58,247 nt of DNA. Origin: Patescibacteria group bacterium (GTDB taxonomy: Bacteria; Patescibacteriota; Minisyncoccia; JAHIHE01; JAGLIN01). The stretch is taken from positions 1 through 58,247 of the forward strand of contig JAYEHC010000102.1 of NCBI GenBank assembly GCA_034659355.1, in the 5' to 3' direction. The notes below the pieces were generated by a model that saw nothing but the letters and a program-made list of their open reading frames with translations, did no database searches and was not told the DNA's origin. The translations under genes and the position numbers were made by a program. This document shows positions 24,022 through 34,053 of the stretch, piece after piece. Position 1 is the stretch's first letter. Every line of letters starts with the position of its first letter.

Positions 24022-25647
24022 TTATTTGTACTCAATTTTTTTCAAAGAATAAATAATTCCTATGGAAATAACCGATAATAACAAAACCTTATCATTAAAA
24101 AGCACAACATCAAATAATCCGTAGCCAAATATCCAAACAGCGTAGACGAAAAAACTTCCCGCAAAAATTTTAGCGGGTTGGCTTTTTAAATTTCCAAAAA
24201 GCCAGTAAGATTTTTGAAGAATTTCTCTTAAAATAAACAAAAATATTATTAATCCAAATAAACCAATCTCGGCGGCAATTTCAAAATAAAGATTATGCGC
24301 TGATGATCCTATTTTTGAAACAACGCAATTTTGTTCTAAAATCAACGGAAAATTTCCCACTCCTACTCCCAAAAAAGGGCGCGCAGAAATTGAATCAATA
24401 GTTGCCAGCCAAATTTCCATTCGTCCTTTGTTAGAAGCCTCTGAAAAGTCATAAATTGAAGAAGCTCTTTCAAAAAACGCTGAATCGTTTTGCTGGTTTA
24501 TTTTGTTTTCACTCCAAGAAATTTGAGTGAACTGATTTTGTTTAAGAATAAAACTTGAAGCGGGAATAACAAAGAAAAAAATAAAAACGGAAAAAAGAAT
24601 TAATTTGCCGCTCTGTCGCGCGGAAGCGGTTAGTTTTATTTTTTGAAAGCGAGGTTTGAGCTTATAAAATTTATAAGGGTTTAATAAATAAATTCCGGTA
24701 ATTAAACCAAAAAAGGAGCTTAACCAAATGCCTCGCGATCCTGAAAAAATAATTGCTGAAAAAGAAAGGGTTAAAAAAAGAGTTAAGATTTTAAGCAATG
24801 GATATTTTGAAGATAAATTTTGAGATGAATAAAAAATTATCAAAAATAAAGTAAAAGGCATAACAAATAAAACAAAAAGCGCGAAAGAATGCGAGTCTGG
24901 CATTACCGAAAACATTCGCAAAGTTGGTGGCAGATTGTCGTAATAGGAGAACCAAGTGTTGCTATAAGAGAGAAGCGCGCTTAAATTTTGACCGTAAAAA
25001 ACACTGATTACTCTCTGATCCCAAAAATGCCAAAAGATATGCAAGGGGACAATAAAAGTGGTAAATAATTGTATAAAACCGATTAAAACCGTAATGACAC
25101 CGGCAAAAAAAACCGCTTTAATAATTCTAAGCAGTTGCTTTTCGTTTTTAATTACAGTAATAATTATTGGAAAAAGAAGGGCAATGTTCAACAAAAAAAT
25201 AATTTCTTTAATTCCCGCGCCGATATTTTTAGCAACTAGCAAAGACGCTAAGTTAATAAAAATAAAAACAAGAAAAAATAAAAATAATTTATAAAAAGAA
25301 AGTTTTTTAAACGCAATCATTTTTTCTTCCAGAGTTTGCTTTGTTAAAATAAACGCAGACCGTTTTTGTTTGAACAACAAACGCAAAGCTAAGATAATAA
25401 CTAAAATTCGCCAAGAACTGAATGAATCAGAAATACCGTCAATTGGCAAAGCGGTAAAAAGCGGAATGGAAATAATAAAAAGAATTAACGCTTCAGTAAA
25501 ACTAAGAACCAGAAAGCTGATAATTAAAATAAAAAATAAAAAATACCTCATCTCCAAAGGAAGAATATCAATCGCCATTAAAACAATCATTAATAGTTCT
25601 AACAAAAAAAATATTGCGGTTAAATTAAAGTATTTTTTTATTTGCAT
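24022..25647 (-). CDS. O-antigen ligase/polymerase-like (Wzy_C family) polytopic membrane protein
   Basis: 541 aa with many TM helices and a FSGSRGIWLS motif in a central loop. The start may be a downstream Met because it overlaps the upstream gene by 23 nt. Confidence 0.65.
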   Translation of the reverse strand: MQIKKYFNLTAIFFLLELLMIVLMAIDILPLEMRYFLFFILIISFLVLSFTEALILFIISIPLFTALPIDGISDSFSSWRILVIILALRLLFKQKRSAFILTKQTLEEKMIAFKKLSFYKLFLFFLVFIFINLASLLVAKNIGAGIKEIIFLLNIALLFPIIITVIKNEKQLLRIIKAVFFAGVITVLIGFIQLFTTFIVPLHIFWHFWDQRVISVFYGQNLSALLSYSNTWFSYYDNLPPTLRMFSVMPDSHSFALFVLFVMPFTLFLIIFYSSQNLSSKYPLLKILTLFLTLSFSAIIFSGSRGIWLSSFFGLITGIYLLNPYKFYKLKPRFQKIKLTASARQSGKLILFSVFIFFFVIPASSFILKQNQFTQISWSENKINQQNDSAFFERASSIYDFSEASNKGRMEIWLATIDSISARPFLGVGVGNFPLILEQNCVVSKIGSSAHNLYFEIAAEIGLFGLIIFLFILREILQKSYWLFGNLKSQPAKIFAGSFFVYAVWIFGYGLFDVVLFNDKVLLLSVISIGIIYSLKKIEYK

Positions 25648-28120
25648 TATTTTTTTTAAAATATATTAAAAACAAGACAATCATTAAGGCAATTAGGCTT
25701 AAATAAACAGAGTAAAAGAAAGATTTTGGATGATAGTTGAAAACGATATGATGTTTTCCTTGAGGGACGAAAATTCCTCGAAAAGCAATATTTGTCGGGT
25801 AAATTTTAACTTCCTTATTATCTAGATAAGCTTGCCAGCCAGGATAGTAAGCGTCTGTCAAAACTAGATAGCCGTTCTGTTTAAGATCAATTTCAAGCTC
25901 CACTTTATTCGGGTGATAACTAACAATGCTAGCTGGTTGCAGAGAAAGATTGGAGTTGTTTTCATTATTAAACGCCGTTGATAAATTAGCGTCTATCTCT
26001 ACCGTAGCCGTTTTTTTCGGCTGAAAATCTTCGCTCAAAAAAACATCGACCGCCTGTTGATGGCTGTCAACCGAATGAATATTAAAAACTGTAAACGCTC
26101 TTGGCAAAACGGCTTTATTTTCATAGATATTAATTGTTTGGTCGGTATAAACCAAAGAGAGATTTTTTTCTAAGGCTAATTTTTCATTTTCTAAATCATC
26201 TTTACCTTGCGCGAAATATTTTATTCCCAAAAGGTTAAATATCTTTTGATTAAAAAATTTATAAATAAATCTGTCATCAATTCCTCCAAAGTGCCGCTCA
26301 AAAGTTTCATATCTGTTTATTTTGATAATTTCATAGCCTCGCACATCTTGAATATTCCAAATAACACTTCCGTTAGGCAGTAGAGAAGAACTGAAATTTT
26401 CCAGACTTTCTTTATAACTGGTAACGCGATAACAGCCAAGGTTTTTTTGCAAGAATTCAATTGCGGGTGTTTTAGGATAAACAAAATTATAAGGAATAGC
26501 GGGATGATAAGAATAGCCATAAAAACATAATTCTCCAGCGATCAATAAAATTAAGAAAACTTTTCCAGCCAATCTTTTTTTAGCAGGGTGAAGCGACGAA
26601 GACAAAAATAACCAAAAAATAATATTAAGAGAAATAAAAAGCGCAAGTAACAACTTTTTTTCCGTTAGCCAAATCTCCGGAGTGACAAATTGCGAAGCCG
26701 ATTTTCGCCAAACTAAAACTGCTAAAAAGATTGATGACACAATTCCCAAATAAAAAATATTAAAAACAATAGCTTTCTTTTTTAGTTGACGATATGTTTT
26801 ATTTTTTAAGAAATAATCTATTCCGTAGCCAGCCAGAATAGCTAAACTAAAAACGAAGATGAAACGCAAACGGCCAATAGCGGTGACATTAAAAATAGGC
26901 AGATAATTAACTAAACGAAAAATAGGCAACGAAATAAAAGCGCCGCAGCAGACAATGGCTGTCGCGCCCCAAAAATAAATTTCTTTTCTATTGTTTATTT
27001 TTTTAAGAAATGCGCCAAACAAAGCGAAGGAAGCGAAAATCAAAGGAATAATTCCAACATAAAAAGCGCTTTCACTGTAATTCAGAGATCCCCAATATTT
27101 CTTTAAAACCGGATTGCCAAAAAAATCCGGATAAATCAAAATAGTAAAATTTTCCAAAGAGTGTTTAATATCTCTAAGATTATGCCAGCCATTCCATTCG
27201 TGTCCCGCAATTTGAAAAAAGTTGGCGCCTGCCACACCGCCTCTGCCTACTACTAACGCTTCGCTCTGTTCTAAAAATTCTATAGTTGGTATTAACTGAA
27301 CAAGGGCAATCATAAATCCCAATACTGTAGCAATTGCCAAAAATTTTGCTCTTGATAGGATAACTTTATATTTTTCGCGATATGGTTTTAATTGGCTTAA
27401 ACGAAAAAGAGCGTAAAAAGCGGTTAAACAAAGAATGAATAAAGAAATTTCCGGATTGCCGCCAAAAAATTGAAAACCTATTGCCAAAGCAAACAAACCT
27501 ATCCATAATTTTTGCGGTTGGCGAATAATTTTATCAGTTCCCAAAAGTAAAAACGGCAGCCAAATAATTACGCTGACTAGCGGATATCCCAGCCAAATAA
27601 TAAGCGGACCAGAAAACATAAAAATCAAACCGCTTGCCACGCTTCCCATTTTGCTTATTTTTAAATTTCTGGAAAATAAGTAAGTAAAAAAACCGGCTAA
27701 GAATAATTGAAATATTCCGGAAAATAGCGACCAGCTTTTAACCGGCAAATGCAGAAGATAAGAAAATAATTTTGAAATTTCAAAAATTGAAGACTGATCA
27801 TTCGCCAAAAATGGCAAGCCAGTTAAACTATAAGGGTTCCAAAGAGGGATAAAACCCCTTACAAGACCTTCTCTTATAAAATGTTGCCAAGGATGCATTT
27901 GAAAAACCAGATCAAAAAGAAGTCTATTTCCGGGAAGAGCTTCTGCCTGAATATTTGAATTGCGATAAAAATTATCAATGTGATATAAAGTCTCAGCGGG
28001 AACCAAGCTTAAATTTCCCAGAATTGCTTTGAAAAAAAAGCAAAAAAGGATAAACAACAAAAAAATAATAACGCCTAAGTATTCATTTTTTATAAAAATT
28101 TTATGGAATAAATCTGGCAT
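25625..28120 (-). CDS. YfhO-family (GT-C type) membrane glycosyltransferase-like protein
   Basis: 831 aa. The N-terminal two thirds are polytopic, with LWNPYSLTGLPFLANDQSSIFE typical of YfhO. A large extracytoplasmic C-domain and terminal TM anchor follow. Confidence 0.7.
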   Translation of the reverse strand: MPDLFHKIFIKNEYLGVIIFLLFILFCFFFKAILGNLSLVPAETLYHIDNFYRNSNIQAEALPGNRLLFDLVFQMHPWQHFIREGLVRGFIPLWNPYSLTGLPFLANDQSSIFEISKLFSYLLHLPVKSWSLFSGIFQLFLAGFFTYLFSRNLKISKMGSVASGLIFMFSGPLIIWLGYPLVSVIIWLPFLLLGTDKIIRQPQKLWIGLFALAIGFQFFGGNPEISLFILCLTAFYALFRLSQLKPYREKYKVILSRAKFLAIATVLGFMIALVQLIPTIEFLEQSEALVVGRGGVAGANFFQIAGHEWNGWHNLRDIKHSLENFTILIYPDFFGNPVLKKYWGSLNYSESAFYVGIIPLIFASFALFGAFLKKINNRKEIYFWGATAIVCCGAFISLPIFRLVNYLPIFNVTAIGRLRFIFVFSLAILAGYGIDYFLKNKTYRQLKKKAIVFNIFYLGIVSSIFLAVLVWRKSASQFVTPEIWLTEKKLLLALFISLNIIFWLFLSSSLHPAKKRLAGKVFLILLIAGELCFYGYSYHPAIPYNFVYPKTPAIEFLQKNLGCYRVTSYKESLENFSSSLLPNGSVIWNIQDVRGYEIIKINRYETFERHFGGIDDRFIYKFFNQKIFNLLGIKYFAQGKDDLENEKLALEKNLSLVYTDQTINIYENKAVLPRAFTVFNIHSVDSHQQAVDVFLSEDFQPKKTATVEIDANLSTAFNNENNSNLSLQPASIVSYHPNKVELEIDLKQNGYLVLTDAYYPGWQAYLDNKEVKIYPTNIAFRGIFVPQGKHHIVFNYHPKSFFYSVYLSLIALMIVLFLIYFKKNNANKKIL

Positions 28121-28122
28121 AT

Positions 28123-28851
28123 TTATTTATATTTTCCCTTGATTAGACCCCATTTAATTTGAAGCAGTTCTTTTAGCGTTCCTAAATATGAATTTAGCGT
28201 AACCTTGCTATTAACATCATTTGTCCAAATTACAGGGACAGCTTTTATTTTATAATTATTTTTTTTCGCCAAAATCAAAATTTCAATATCAAAACCCCAG
28301 CGGTTTATTTCTAATTTTGGAAAAATATCTTCCACGAACTTTTCTGAAAAACATTTAAATCCACATTGAGTATCTCTAATTCCTGAAATAACTAAGAGCT
28401 GAATTAAAAAATTTCCCAAATCTCCCAGCAGTTCTCTGTAAAATGGCTGATGTTCTTTGATCTGACTGTTTTGCAGGTCGCGGTTGCCAATTACTATTTC
28501 ATATCCTTTTTGAAAAAACGGAAGGAAATTCCGAATTTGTTCTATGTCTGTGGCATTATCGGCGTCCATAAATAATCTAAATTCTCCGCGCGCTTTTAAT
28601 ATTCCTTGTCTAACCGCATAGCCCTTGCCATAATTTTTTTGATTGGAAATTATTTTTAGTTCCGGAATGCTTTTTTGTAAATCCTGCACCAGATTCACCG
28701 TTCCGTCGCAAGAACCATCGTCAACGACAATTATTTCATAATTATAATTCCGGGCTGTCAAAAATTTGTCAATTTTCAATAAAGTGTCCTTGATTCTATT
28801 TTCTTCATTGTAAGCTGGAATAATTACCGACAAATAAATTTTTTCCTCCAT
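28123..28851 (-). CDS. GT2 polyprenyl-phosphate glycosyltransferase (CsbB/GtrB/DPG-synthase-like)
   Basis: SVIIPAYNEE, VDDGSCDGT and MDADN (DxD) motifs. It lies 2 nt upstream of the YfhO-like gene. Confidence 0.85.
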   Translation of the reverse strand: MEEKIYLSVIIPAYNEENRIKDTLLKIDKFLTARNYNYEIIVVDDGSCDGTVNLVQDLQKSIPELKIISNQKNYGKGYAVRQGILKARGEFRLFMDADNATDIEQIRNFLPFFQKGYEIVIGNRDLQNSQIKEHQPFYRELLGDLGNFLIQLLVISGIRDTQCGFKCFSEKFVEDIFPKLEINRWGFDIEILILAKKNNYKIKAVPVIWTNDVNSKVTLNSYLGTLKELLQIKWGLIKGKYK

Positions 28852-28934
28852 AATTCATTGTATAGTTTTTTTAAAATCAAACTAAAAAAGCTTTTTAAGA
28901 GTTATTATAAAAGCTTTTTATTTCTTAAAAAATG

Positions 28935-29337
28935 TGGAGATGGCGGGAATTGAACCCGCGTGTAGTTAATCCGTTTAAAAACTTTCTACCAATATAGATT
29001 GCTTAAAGAGTTTAAAACTAGCAAGTATGAAACAATCAAAAATCTTGCTAATTCGAATTTAGAACGGTTTCGGATGTTTATCTCTAAACAAAATAAAGTC
29101 CTATCTTGATGTATGACACCGGATTTTGCCTATCAAGATTTAGCAAACCGATGGCTGTCAGCCTAAATTTAGGCAACAGCGCCAGCAAAACTAACTTGTC
29201 TACTCGAAAATAGATTTGCTAATTTGCTTGTAAGTGTTTCTTTTGCACTTATATTTTGCAGGCAATTTTTATGAGATTAGCCGGCATGCTCAATTGGCAA
29301 TTTTTAAAAAAGATCACTATCGAATCCAATCATCCCC
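28935..29337 (-). ncRNA. ssrA: tmRNA (transfer-messenger RNA)
   Basis: On the minus strand the RNA starts GGGGAUGAUUGGAUUCGAUAG and ends GCGGGUUCAAUUCCCGCCAUCUCCA. The ends form a 7-bp acceptor stem with G3:U. A T-arm is present. The tag frame ends ..SFAGAVA-UAA, with the stop at 29171-29169 inside the palindrome GCCUAAAUUUAGGC. CCA is not encoded. smpB is adjacent. Confidence 0.9.
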
Positions 29338-29407
29338 AGGAGCATTTTAATATTTTAACATTTAAATAATCATATTAATGATATTTGGAATAATTTAATA
29401 TTTGATA

Positions 29408-29500
29408 TTCCGCCTCGCTGCAGTCTCTCAATAGAGAACTGCAGCGGATCGCGCGTTTTCTCGTCGCAGTCCTCTATCGAGAGACTGCGACGGAGCGACA
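29408..29500 (-). repeat. 93-nt double-hairpin element, copy 2 (inverted)
   Basis: It is the reverse complement of the 9478-9570 and 47088-47180 consensus and lies between ssrA and smpB. Confidence 0.85.
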
Positions 29501-29541
29501 ATAATTTGATATTTGATATTACGGATAGCATTACACAATTA

Positions 29542-29991
29542 CTACTCTTTATTTCTTAACATTCTTTTCATTTTCACTTTATCCTCTCGTTTCTTAATAT
29601 CTTCTCGTTTATCAATTTTCCTTTTTCCTTTTCCTATTCCGAATTCAAGCTTAATAAGCCCACGCTTAGAATACACCTTAATAGGCGCTAATGTCAAGCC
29701 TTTTTGTTTGACTTTTCCGATTAGCGATTTTATTTGACTTTTACGAATAAGCACTTTTCTTGATCTTTCAGGGTCGTAAGTAGCTGGCATATTAAGCGGT
29801 TGATAAGCGGAGATGTTGGCGTTTGTCAAAAACGCTTCGTTGCCTTTGATTGTTACGAAAGCTCCTTTTAAGCTGATGTGTCCTGTTTTAATTGATTTCA
29901 CTTCATATCCTTTTAAAACCAAACCGCCCTCTATTTTTTCAAGAATTTCATAATCATAATTTGCTCGTTTGTTGAATGCGAATGTTTTCAT
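29542..29991 (-). CDS. smpB: SsrA-binding protein
   Basis: NKRANYDYEILEKIEGGLVLKGYEVKSIK.. and a basic C-terminal tail fit the SmpB consensus. Confidence 0.93.
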   Translation of the reverse strand: MKTFAFNKRANYDYEILEKIEGGLVLKGYEVKSIKTGHISLKGAFVTIKGNEAFLTNANISAYQPLNMPATYDPERSRKVLIRKSQIKSLIGKVKQKGLTLAPIKVYSKRGLIKLEFGIGKGKRKIDKREDIKKREDKVKMKRMLRNKE

Positions 29992-30136
29992 AATTATAGT
30001 TTAACATAAGAAAGGAGAAATTTGCAATGGTTGAATTTATCCGGATAGCAAAGTTGATTTTATAAAAATTTGGTGTTATTCTATATGTGATGGATAAGAG
30101 AAATACAACAAATCCTAGAAATTTAACGATTTTTAA

Positions 30137-30961
30137 ATGAAGAAAGAAATCAGTTCAAAAATAGTAGCGTTTGTTTTCCTGCTGGTAATTTCCGCGTTGA
30201 TAATTTTTTTAAACAGCCTTGGATATTTAAACGGCGTAAAAAACGGCGCGCTTTATGCCGCAGTTCCAACACAGGGAATATTTCAAACATCTTTAGCGGA
30301 TATAAATGATTTTTTTCAGACGATTGAAAGCATTGGCAAATTTAAAAAAGAAAACGCGACGCTCAAAAATGAAAATTTAAAATTAACTTATGAAATTTCA
30401 AAATGCAAGGAAACAAAAAGAGAGAATGAAATTTTGAAACGGCAACTTGATTTTTCAGAAGATTTGTGTTTAAAGGGAGCATGTTTTCAGTGGGAAATGG
30501 GGAGGATTATTGGAAGAGATCCAAATAATTATGGAAAATACATCATCATTAATCTGGGAACAAAAAACGGAGTAAAAGAGAATCAAGCAGTTGTAATTTC
30601 TGGCGGCGTCTTGATTGGAAAAGTCGTGGAAGTGTTTAGCAATTCTTCAAAAGTGATGCTTATTACAAGTTCTGACAGTCTTATAAATTCCATCGCTCAA
30701 ACAACGCGCGCCAACGGTATTGTCAAAGGGAAATACGCGACGGGAGCGAAGCTGGAGATGATCAATCAAAACGAGGAGCTTATCTCTGATGATTTGGTTA
30801 TTACTTCCGGTCTAGAAAGCAGAATACCGAAAGGACTTTTGATTGGAAAAATATCAAACATAAAAGAATCGGCGAATAAAGTTTTCAAATTCGCCGATTT
30901 AAATCTTTTTGCCGATTTCAATCAAATTGAAGAAATTTTTATTGTTAAGAATTATGATTAA
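30137..30961 (+). CDS. mreC: rod shape-determining protein MreC
   Basis: N-terminal TM, coiled-coil (ENATLKNENLKL), beta-barrel domains with GVLIGKVVEV and GLLIGKISNI. Followed by mreD and PBP2. Confidence 0.8.
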   Translation: MKKEISSKIVAFVFLLVISALIIFLNSLGYLNGVKNGALYAAVPTQGIFQTSLADINDFFQTIESIGKFKKENATLKNENLKLTYEISKCKETKRENEILKRQLDFSEDLCLKGACFQWEMGRIIGRDPNNYGKYIIINLGTKNGVKENQAVVISGGVLIGKVVEVFSNSSKVMLITSSDSLINSIAQTTRANGIVKGKYATGAKLEMINQNEELISDDLVITSGLESRIPKGLLIGKISNIKESANKVFKFADLNLFADFNQIEEIFIVKNYD

Positions 30962-31496
30962 CAGAAAAGTGAATAATTATATATTTTTGCCAGTTTTGTT
31001 TTTGATTATGTTTTTGCAAATAACTTTTATTCCGCAAGCGTTTTCCGACTTAATTGTCCCTAACTTAATTTTGATTTTACTAATAGCGGTTTCAGTTTCA
31101 TCTGAATCAACGGATATATTTTATGTCTCGTTTTTCTGCGCTTTTTTGCTAGACATATTTTCGGATCTTTATTTTGGACCGATTATTATCAGCGTTCTAA
31201 TAGCAGTTTTCATTTCGTCATATCTTGCCCATTATTTTTTAAAAAAACTTTTTTCTCTAAATTTAGTTTTGATTTCTTTTTTGGGAATTACTGCTTATAA
31301 TATTTTATATTTTGTTTTGATAAATTTAGATAATTTTCAACAAGTTTATGATCTAACTGAATTAAACAGGCTAGCCGTTATAATTATCTTTGAGATAATT
31401 TATACGGCGATTTTTATCTATCCGTTTGCGTACGGTGTTGGAATTTCAATATTTGATTTTAAAAATAAGAATGAAAACCAAGTACTTTATAAATAG
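30954..31496 (+). CDS. mreD: rod shape-determining protein MreD-like membrane protein
   Basis: Small polytopic membrane protein overlapping the mreC stop. ATG 30954 is preferred over the track's 30909. Confidence 0.6.
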   Translation: MINRKVNNYIFLPVLFLIMFLQITFIPQAFSDLIVPNLILILLIAVSVSSESTDIFYVSFFCAFLLDIFSDLYFGPIIISVLIAVFISSYLAHYFLKKLFSLNLVLISFLGITAYNILYFVLINLDNFQQVYDLTELNRLAVIIIFEIIYTAIFIYPFAYGVGISIFDFKNKNENQVLYK

Positions 31497-33366
31497 AAAA
31501 GATAATAATGAGACAGAGCTGGAAGAAATTTTTGCGGGACCAATGCAGGAAGAAGTGAACAAGGTTGAGAATTTGATTAACAAGAAAAATATAAAAATAA
31601 CGGAAGCAATATTTTTCGCTATTTTGTTCGCGCTTTTTTTGCAAGCGGCGTATTTGCAGATAATTAAAGGGGATTATTACGCAAAAAAATCGGAGAGAAA
31701 TTATACGAGAACAACAGCTGTGAAATCTCCGAGAGGAATAATTTATGACAGAAATCAAAATCAGATTGTTTTTAATGTACCGGTTTTTGATCTGGTGATA
31801 ATTCCGTATGATTTTTTTAAAGAAAAAGATAAAATAAGCGAAAAAATTTCTAACTTGTCTAAGGTAATTAATTCTAATAAAAATGATTTTGATAAAAAAA
31901 TTAAAGGAATAGAGCCGTCTTCGTATCAGCCATTCTTAATTCTAGAAAATATTGATAAGGAAGACGCGTTGATCTTTGAAGAAAAAATAAAAGATATTGA
32001 TGGAGTTGAACTTGAAAAAAGTTCTATCAGAAACTATATTGACGGCAATTACTTTTCCAATATTGTCGGGTATAACGGCAGGATAAACGAGAATGAACTT
32101 AAAAAGCATTCTGACTATTTACCTAATGATATGATAGGAAAAAATGGTTTGGAATTAATTTACGAAAAACAACTCAGGGGAAAATACGGAAAACAAGAAA
32201 TTGAAGTTGATTCTTTTGGAAGGAAAATAAAAATTATAGAACGAGAAAATTGCGAACCGGGGAATAATCTTGTTTTAAATATTGACGCTGGATTGCAAAA
32301 GAAAATCTATGACGAGCTTATTATAATTACGGAAAAACTGGAAACAAAAAATGGAGCGGCTGTTGTCGCTATCAATCCTAAAAACGGAGCGGTTTTGGCT
32401 CTGGTTAGTTTCCCGTCTTATAATAATAATCTTTTTGCTGGCGGAATAAGCGACAGCGATTATTATAGATTATTGAGCGATGAAATGAAACCGCTTTTTA
32501 ATAAAGCCGTTTCAGGAGAATACCCTCCCGGATCAACAATTAAGCCATTAATCGGAGCGGCGGCGCTTCAGGAAAATATTATATCTCCAAGCAGAATTAT
32601 AGTTGGCGGTGAAGCGATATATATTGGCTCTTATCGGTTTTTGGATTGGAAGGCGCATGGTTCGGTTAATCTGGTAAAGGCGATTGCGCAATCTTGCAAT
32701 ATCTATTTTTATACGGTTGGCGGGGGTTATGGCGGAATAGAAGGATTGGGAATTAAGAGAATTAAAAATTACGCGAATCTTTTCGGTCTTGGAAATACGC
32801 TTGGAATTGATATTCCCGAAGAAGGCGCCGGACTTGTTCCTGACAAAGAATGGAAAAAAAATGTGAAAAATGAAAAGTGGTATATAGGGGATACCTACCA
32901 TGTTTCTATCGGACAAGGAGATATTTTGACAACTCCCTTGCAGGTTGCCGTTTATACGGCGGCAATCGCTAATGGCGGAAAATTATTTCAACCGCAAGTA
33001 GTTAATAAAATAATTGATTTAAACAGCGAGGTAGTTGAAGACCTTGAACCGAAAATAATCAGGGAAAATTTTATAGATTTGGAAAATATAAAATGGATTC
33101 AAAAAGGAATGAGGGAAAATGTCATCTCTGGCTCCGGAAGAGCCTTAGCTAATCTTGCTGTTGAAGTAGCAGGAAAAACAGGAACGGCGCAATACGCGAG
33201 AAATAAAAAGACGCATGCTTGGTACACAGCTTACGCGCCTTATGATGATCCGGAAATCGCTTTAGCGGTTTTAATTGAAGGAGGAGGAGAGGGACACGCC
33301 GCGGCAGTGCCGGTGGCGAGGGAGGTATTGGGGTGGTATTTTGGGGAAGATAAAAATTTAGAATAA
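31471..33366 (+). CDS. mrdA: penicillin-binding protein 2 (elongation transpeptidase)
   Basis: TM anchor, PBP dimerisation region, SxxK (GSTIKP), SxN (QSCNIYF), KTG (GKTGTAQ). ATG 31471 is preferred over the track's 31426. Confidence 0.88.
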   Translation: MKTKYFINRKDNNETELEEIFAGPMQEEVNKVENLINKKNIKITEAIFFAILFALFLQAAYLQIIKGDYYAKKSERNYTRTTAVKSPRGIIYDRNQNQIVFNVPVFDLVIIPYDFFKEKDKISEKISNLSKVINSNKNDFDKKIKGIEPSSYQPFLILENIDKEDALIFEEKIKDIDGVELEKSSIRNYIDGNYFSNIVGYNGRINENELKKHSDYLPNDMIGKNGLELIYEKQLRGKYGKQEIEVDSFGRKIKIIERENCEPGNNLVLNIDAGLQKKIYDELIIITEKLETKNGAAVVAINPKNGAVLALVSFPSYNNNLFAGGISDSDYYRLLSDEMKPLFNKAVSGEYPPGSTIKPLIGAAALQENIISPSRIIVGGEAIYIGSYRFLDWKAHGSVNLVKAIAQSCNIYFYTVGGGYGGIEGLGIKRIKNYANLFGLGNTLGIDIPEEGAGLVPDKEWKKNVKNEKWYIGDTYHVSIGQGDILTTPLQVAVYTAAIANGGKLFQPQVVNKIIDLNSEVVEDLEPKIIRENFIDLENIKWIQKGMRENVISGSGRALANLAVEVAGKTGTAQYARNKKTHAWYTAYAPYDDPEIALAVLIEGGGEGHAAAVPVAREVLGWYFGEDKNLE

Positions 33367-33455
33367 AAAAATGCGAAAACAACATTGCTATTATGCCTAC
33401 ATAGGCTCTGACAAACATAATACTAAAATTTTCTCATCTTTTGTTCTAAAACTTT

Positions 33456-33633
33456 GTCATTCTGAACTTGTTTCAGAATCTTCGTTATATTAGGTTTTGA
33501 CTTATCCTATTTTCATCATACTTTCGTCTGCGACGCAAACACAATCATCTCTTTATAATTATACAATTATTGCATTTTCAACTTATTCAAAGGTTTAGTG
33601 ATTTATAGGTTTGATTAGCTGTAGCAGAATGAC
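33456..33633 (+). repeat. MITE-like element, copy B (178 bp)
   Basis: It starts GTCATTCTGAACTTGTTTCAGAATC and ends ..GCAGAATGAC, and aligns with the reverse complement of 9211-9413. Confidence 0.8.
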
Positions 33634-33672
33634 ATTATTATTATTTTAGCTTAAATTATAAATTGAAAGTTT

Positions 33673-34053
33673 ATGCTATCTCATGAACAAAATTGCGAAC
33701 AAATTTTTCGGGAGGCGTGCCGAGTTTTAAAACTTCGCGGTTTTAATTTTAAACCGAAAGTAATTAGAACAGGGGATGGGTATATTAAGAACTATAAACT
33801 TGGCTATACTAATTTGAAATCAAAATTGGTGGTTATTGATATTTACACACAAAAATTAAAAAAGCCGAAAAAATACAGCAGCATTCTCGCCGTCATCGCG
33901 CACGAACTGGCGCATCATCAAAAAAAGCCTTATCGGCAGTTTTATAAATTTCGCTGGATTAACAGAATTCATTATCCGAAATTTTACGATCAAGTAGTGA
34001 AGAATATCAAGAAGTTTAAAAAAGACGGAGCGTTGAGGAGATTTTATGAATGA
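33673..34053 (+). CDS. small HExxH protein, putative zinc metallopeptidase-like
   Basis: 126 aa, basic, with AVIAHELAHH. Its stop overlaps the mnmA start by 8 nt. Confidence 0.45.
   Translation: MLSHEQNCEQIFREACRVLKLRGFNFKPKVIRTGDGYIKNYKLGYTNLKSKLVVIDIYTQKLKKPKKYSSILAVIAHELAHHQKKPYRQFYKFRWINRIHYPKFYDQVVKNIKKFKKDGALRRFYE

Noticed and set aside
30137-33366. Is the mreC-mreD-PBP2 block incomplete or anomalous because mreB and rodA are missing?
   Set aside because: mreB and rodA are often encoded elsewhere. Their absence from a 58-kb window is not evidence of loss, so it is not reported as a finding.
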